Shown: positions 58,620 through 64,000 of the stretch, one piece after another
Layout of the letters: every line of letters starts with the position of its first letter
Numbering within the stretch: the stretch's first letter is position 1
Source: Mobula birostris
Taxonomy: Eukaryota
NCBI RefSeq assembly: GCF_030028105.1
Contig: NC_092374.1
Location: 194,117,345-194,181,344 of the forward strand
Length of the DNA: 64,000 nt
Direction of reading: 5' to 3'
Program-made: the position numbers and the translations under genes
The notes under the pieces: generated by a model
The model's database searches: none
The model's input: only the letters and a program-made list of their open reading frames with translations
What the model was told of the DNA's origin: nothing

Positions 58620-59535
58620 GGATCAGCAAATTTGCTGATGATACAAAGATTGGAGGTGTAGCAGACAGTGAGGAAGCTTTTCAGAGCCCGCAGAGGGACT
58701 TGGACCAGCTGGAAAAATGGGCTGAAAAATGGCAGATGGAGTTTAATACAGACAAGTGTGAGGTATTGCACATTGGAAGGACAAACCAAGGTAGAACATA
58801 CAGGGTAAATGGTAAGGCACTGAGCAGAGCAGTGGAACAGAGGGATCTGGGAATACAGATACAAAATTCCCTAAAATGGTGTCACAGGTAGATAGGGTCG
58901 TAAAGAGAGCTTTTGGTACATGAGCCTTTATTAATCAAGTATTGAGCATACAAGCTGGAATGTTATGATGAGGTTGTATAAGGCATTGGTGAGGCTGAAT
59001 CTGGAGTATTGTGTTCAGTTTTGGTCACCAAATTACAGGAAGGATATGAATAAGGTTGAAAGAGTGCAGAGAAGGTTTACAAGGATGTTGCCGGGACTTG
59101 AGAAACTCAGTTACAGAGAAAGGTTGAATAGATTAGGACTTTATTCCCTGGAGCGTAGAAGAATGAGGGGAGATTTGATAGAGGTATATAAAATTATGAT
59201 GGGTATAGATAGAGTGAATGCAAGCAGGCTTTTTCCACTGAGGCAAGGGAAGAAGAAAACCAGAGGATATGGGTTAAGGGTGAGGGGGGAAAAGTTTAAA
59301 GGGAACATTAGAGGGGGCTTCTTCACACAGAGAGTGGTGGGAGTATGGAATGAGCTGCCAGATGAGGTGGTAAATGCGGGTTCTTTTTTAACATTTAAGA
59401 ATAAATTAGACAGATACATGGATGGGAGGTGTATGGAGGGATATGGTCCGTGTGCAGGTCAGTGGGACTAGGCAGAAAATGGTTCAGCACAGCCAAGAAG
59501 GGCCAAAAGGCCAGTTTCTGTGCTGTAGTTTCTAT
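58620..59535 (+). mobile_element. CR1 LINE 3' fragment (RT C-terminus and tail)
   Basis: ISKFADDTKIGG; WAEKWQMEFNTDKCEVLH; LYKALVRLNLEYCVQFWSP. Confidence 0.9.
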
Positions 59536-60165
59536 GGCAGAGGGAAGAAGCTGTTCCTGAATTGCTGAGTGCATCTCTTTAGGCTTCTGTACCTCCTTCT
59601 TGATGGTAACAATGAGACAGAGGGCATGCCCTGGGTGATGGGGGTCCTGAATAATGGGTGTTGCCTTTCTGAGGCACCGCGTCTTGAAGGTGTCTTGGGT
59701 ACTATGGAAGCTTGTTCCCTAGATGGAGCTGACTAATTTTACAACTTTGTGAAGCTTATTTCGGTTCTGTGCGGTAGCCACCTCCACCTCCACCCCCATA
59801 CCTGACAATGATGCAGCCTGCCAGAATGCTTTCCACCATACATCCTTAGAAGTTTTCGAGTGTTTTAGTTGACAAACCAAACCTCTTCAAACTCCTAATG
59901 AAATATAGCCGCTGTCTTGCCTTCTTTATAACTACATCTATGTGTTGGGACCAGGCTAGGTATTCAGAGATCTTGACACCCAGGAGCTTGAAATTGTTCA
60001 CTCTCTCCACTTCTGATCGCTCAATGACGATTGGTTTGTGTTCCTTCATCTTATCCTTTCTGAAGTCCACAATCATCTCTTTGGTCTTACTGAGGTTTGG
60101 GTGCCAGGTTGTTCTGTGACACCACTGCACCAGCTGCCGTATTTATCTCCTGTACACTGTACCAT
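59535..60165 (-). mobile_element. Rex1/Babar-type LINE 3' fragment
   Basis: NLSKTKEMIVDFRK..KLLGVKISEYLAW..KKARQRLYFIRSLKRFG; related fragments at ~26330-27140 and ~47350-49260. Confidence 0.8.
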
Positions 60166-60787
60166 CTGCAGCATTATTGCGGTATCCTGAAGGATTCAGC
60201 AAGCTGGACTCTCAGGAATGCAGGTACGACTGCAGCAGCCATGGCTGGAGCAGACTGCGGGCTGGACTGAAGTGGCAGACCCCAGGCCCAGCAGCGAAAA
60301 ACGAAACAAATGTTTAGCCGATTTAAGAGCCGAACGGGATTTAAAAGATTAAAGTGTGGAGGCTGAGGGCAAAGGACAAAGAGATGTTCAGCTCAATACT
60401 CAGTTCAGTGTACTTGTCTCAGCACTGAACTGGCTCTGTGGCCGGGGACTCAGACTCACTTTCGGGGACTCTGCAGTTCATGTTCTATCTGTTACTTGTT
60501 TTTTTACTGTTTTGCACAATGTGTTCTTTCCTCGCACCGTGGAAGTTTGAATGCCTTTGTTGTGAGGATCTTTTTATCATGGATTCTATCGTGCTTTTTT
60601 TTGTTTTGTGGCTGCCTGCAGTAATCTCCATCTCAGGGTTGCATATAGTATATATACTGTGATAATAATAAAGTACTTTGGACTGTTAAACCTTGAAAAG
60701 AGACAAAGTGAGATGTGCTTTTCTTCCCTCTGGTCCAGCAGTGCTGCTCTCCCGTCAGTAGAGAACAGAGTTGCAGTGAAAGGGTGC

Positions 60788-60806
60788 CGGCCAGCAGGGG
60801 GCAGTG
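60788..60806 (+). promoter_or_regulatory. CTCF-like motif
   Basis: cggccagcagggggcagtg closely matches the CTCF core CCA(C/G)CAGGGGGC; motif match only. Confidence 0.3.
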
Positions 60807-61984
60807 TTGCGCTATGCGCTGGAAAACCCAACAGCACACAAAGCTGTTGAAGGACCCTTCACTGGGTCAGGTAGAACCTGTGGAGGGAAATGGGCAGTCA
60901 GCGTCTCAGGTGGAGACCCTTCCTCGGGTCTGAAGTGCCCACTTGACCATCTGCATGAGAGGAAAGCTGCCCCTCTGCATCACCCTTTGGGATGGACTTT
61001 GAGTTGAGTTGAGGCCTCCATCAGACGGAGTTGACCATGGATAATGCATCCTGGCTATCCAGATAAGCAAACCAGGGCAGTACAATATAGAGAGCAAGCT
61101 GTTGCCCATGCAGCAAGCTCCCCCTCTCCATGCATCTGATGAATCCAAAGGAACGGCAGAGGCCGATACAGTTTGGTACCAGAAACATCGCAGGAGTTGC
61201 CAGTCAGCATAGAACTCAGTTTGGTACCAGAAATCTGTCAGCTCAATGGAGGGTTGCCTTCGGGACTCCAGCTCTAGATTTTTCCCTCTGGGTTTACTCC
61301 CGAAGCCTTCTCCATGAGTGGGTAGAGGGCAAGGCAGCGGAGGTTTGAGATCAGAGTTTTACTTTTTCCTGGATGAGCTGCCAACCATGGCTGGCGAGCC
61401 CCAGCCGCCCGAAGAAACAGGTTTTAAGGTGCCAATAACACGCCTTTATCCTTCTCCTGTCAGCAGAAACGGTGCAAATAATATGTATGATATTATTATA
61501 TATGCATATTATTCTTATATGCATTAACATTATATTTCAATACAATACTGCATTATATGCAGTGAATTCTGCTTAGCTGGACCACATCAGGACCATTTTG
61601 CCCCAATTAGACAATGTTTTATGGAAATAGAAACAATGTGGAAAAAGGACAAAGTACCATTTTACTGAGGGGATCAGGCTGGAGACCAGCCACATGGAGT
61701 GTAAGGTGCTGCTCATCGTCGACCGACATGTTGGACCTAAAATGGGAAATGGAGTTAAAACGTTGGGCCGCCTGGAAGTTCCACTTCTGGCAGATGGAGC
61801 GGAGGTGTTAGTAGAAGCGGTCCCCAAATTACAAAGGGTATTTAAATGAAATAAAGAGCAAATTAAAATATGGCCAATATTACTACAGTGCCATAAAACT
61901 GTGCAACACACACAAAATGCTGGAGCAACTCAGCAGGTCAAGCAGCATCTATGGAAATACCTTTCAACAGTTCCAGCACATCCT

Positions 61985-64000
61985 CTTTCTTAATGTCTAT
62001 ACACGCAAGCATTTCCTTCTGCCGTGAGCTATCCCTACAATTGCCAAGGTCCAGGTGAATACTGAAGCAAAGTATTCATTAAGTACCTCCGCTACCTCCT
62101 CTGACTCCATGCAGATGTTTCCACTATCGCACCTGACTAGTCCTATTCTCACACAGCTCATCCTCTTGCTCTTCACATACTTGTAGAATCCCTTGTTTTT
62201 TTTTAATCTGCTCATCAAGGCCTTCTCATGGCCCCTTCTGGCTCTCTTAAGCTCCTTCCGGGCACCCTTGTAATTTTCTAGAGCTCTAACAGTACCCAGT
62301 TTCTCGAACCTTTCATAAGCTTTTCTTTTCTTCTTGACTAGATTTTCTACATCCTTTGCACACTATGGATCTTTTACATTACCATCCTTTCCCTGCCTCC
62401 TTGGAACATACTTATGCTGGATACCATGCAAATGTTCCCTGAACATTTGCCACATTTCTGCTGTGCATTTCCCTGAGAAGTCCCACTTAGTGGAGCAATA
62501 ATATCAGCACCAGACTCCGGAGCAAAGGTTCCCGAATTCGAATCCAAGTCGGGTTGAGTGTCGAGCTAGCAACTTGGCCTGGTAAAAACAAGAATAACTT
62601 GCTACGGAAACACCGTCATGACGGTGCCCCTATAACCCCACCGCCGATTTAAGGGCTATTCTTATTATCTTCTTTCCCTGAGAACATCTGCTCCCAATTT
62701 ATGTTCCCAAGTTCCTGTCTAATAGTATCATATTTCCCCCTACCCCAATTAAATGTTTTCCCTAATTGTCTGCTCCTATCCCTCTCCAGGGCTATGGTAA
62801 AGGTGATAGAGTTGTGATCACTATCTCCAAAATGCTCTCCCACTGAGAGACCTGACACCTAACCAGGTTCTCTTCCCCATACCAGATCAAGTACAGGCTC
62901 TCATCTAGTTGGCTTATCTACATATTGCGTCAGGAAACCCTCCTGAACACACCTAACAAGCTCCACCCCATCTAAACCCCTTGCTCTAAGGAGATGCCAG
63001 TCAATATTAGGAAAGTTAAAATCGACCATCACAACAACCCTATTATTGTTGCACCGTTCCAGAATCTGTCTCCCTATCTGGTCTTCGATGTCTCTGTTAC
63101 TACTGGTGGGGGGGGGGGGGGTCTATAAAAACACACAGTAGAGTTATTGCACCCTTCCTGTTCCTGACTTACACCCACAATAGACAATCCCTCCATGACC
63201 TCCTCCTTTTCTGAAGCCGTTATACTATCTCTGGTTAGAAGTGCCATGCCCCCACATCTTTTGCCTCCTTCCCTGTCCTTTTTGAAACATCTAACCCCTG
63301 GCACAATCAGCAGCCATTCCAGCCCCTGAGACATCCAAGTCTGTGCAATAGCCACAACGTCATAGTTCACGTATTGATCCACGCTCTATGTTCACCCGCC
63401 TTGTTTCTGATACTCCTTTCATTAAAATAGACACATCTCAAACTATATGGCTGAGTGCATCTTTGCTCTATCATCTGCTGATCCTTCCTCACAAACTCCC
63501 TACAAGCTGTCTCTACCTGTGTGCTAACCACCCCATCCTCTGCCTCTTCACTTTGCTTCCAAACCCCCTGTAAATCTAGTTTAAATCCTCCGCAATAGCA
63601 TTAGCAAACCTCCCTCCCAGGATATTGGTTCCCCTCCAGTTCAGGTGCGACCTATCCCACTTGTACAGGTCACCCCTTCCCGAGAAAAGATTCTAATGAT
63701 CCTAGAACTTGAAACCCTGCCCTCTGCACCAAATCCTCAGCCACTCATTCACCTGCACTATCTTCCTGTTCTGACCTTCCCTAGCTCATGGCACTGGGAG
63801 TAATCCGGATATCACCACCTTGGAGGTCCTGCTCTTCAGCCTCCTTCCTAACTCCCTAAACTTACTGCACAGGACCTCAACCCCTCTTCTGCTCCCGGGA
63901 GAGGCAACGCACTATACTGGCGTCTCTTTTGCTGCCGCAGAATCGCCTATCTGTCCCCCTAACTATCAAGTCCCCGATGACTATTGCTCCACGTGACTTC
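61985..64000 (-). mobile_element. CR1 LINE fragment (endonuclease region and ORF1 end)
   Basis: YDVVAIAQTW..FKKDREGGKRCGGMALL; VGEHFGDSDHNSITF; [11 protein letters not shown]. Confidence 0.85.

Overview
Repeat-rich vertebrate DNA, most consistent with a cartilaginous fish (inferred from the repeat families and the receptor gene). The main gene is a complete + strand NKp30/NCR3-family receptor at 35403-~56250: leader, three non-rearranging VJ-type Ig exons (V1 and V2 from an intragenic duplication, V3 divergent), an uncharged TM exon, a cytoplasmic exon that stops one base short of an ITIM-like motif, and a terminal exon with a poly(A) signal. The window starts in the 3' end of a paralog about 54 kb upstream, which has an extra cytoplasmic exon, so this looks like a tandem cluster. 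Between the two lie what I read as a decayed MHC class II alpha-type gene (alpha1 ~27.8-28.1 kb, alpha2/TM ~34.05-34.5 kb; motif-level evidence only) and a 21-kb nest of mobile elements built on a Gmr1-type Gypsy retrotransposon (integrase before RT). Penelope-like elements with hammerhead ribozyme motifs, CR1, L1 and Rex/Babar LINEs, solo LTRs and SINEs fill most of the rest. All alignments and counts were done by eye; no database searches were run, and repeat boundaries without a stated TSD are approximate.
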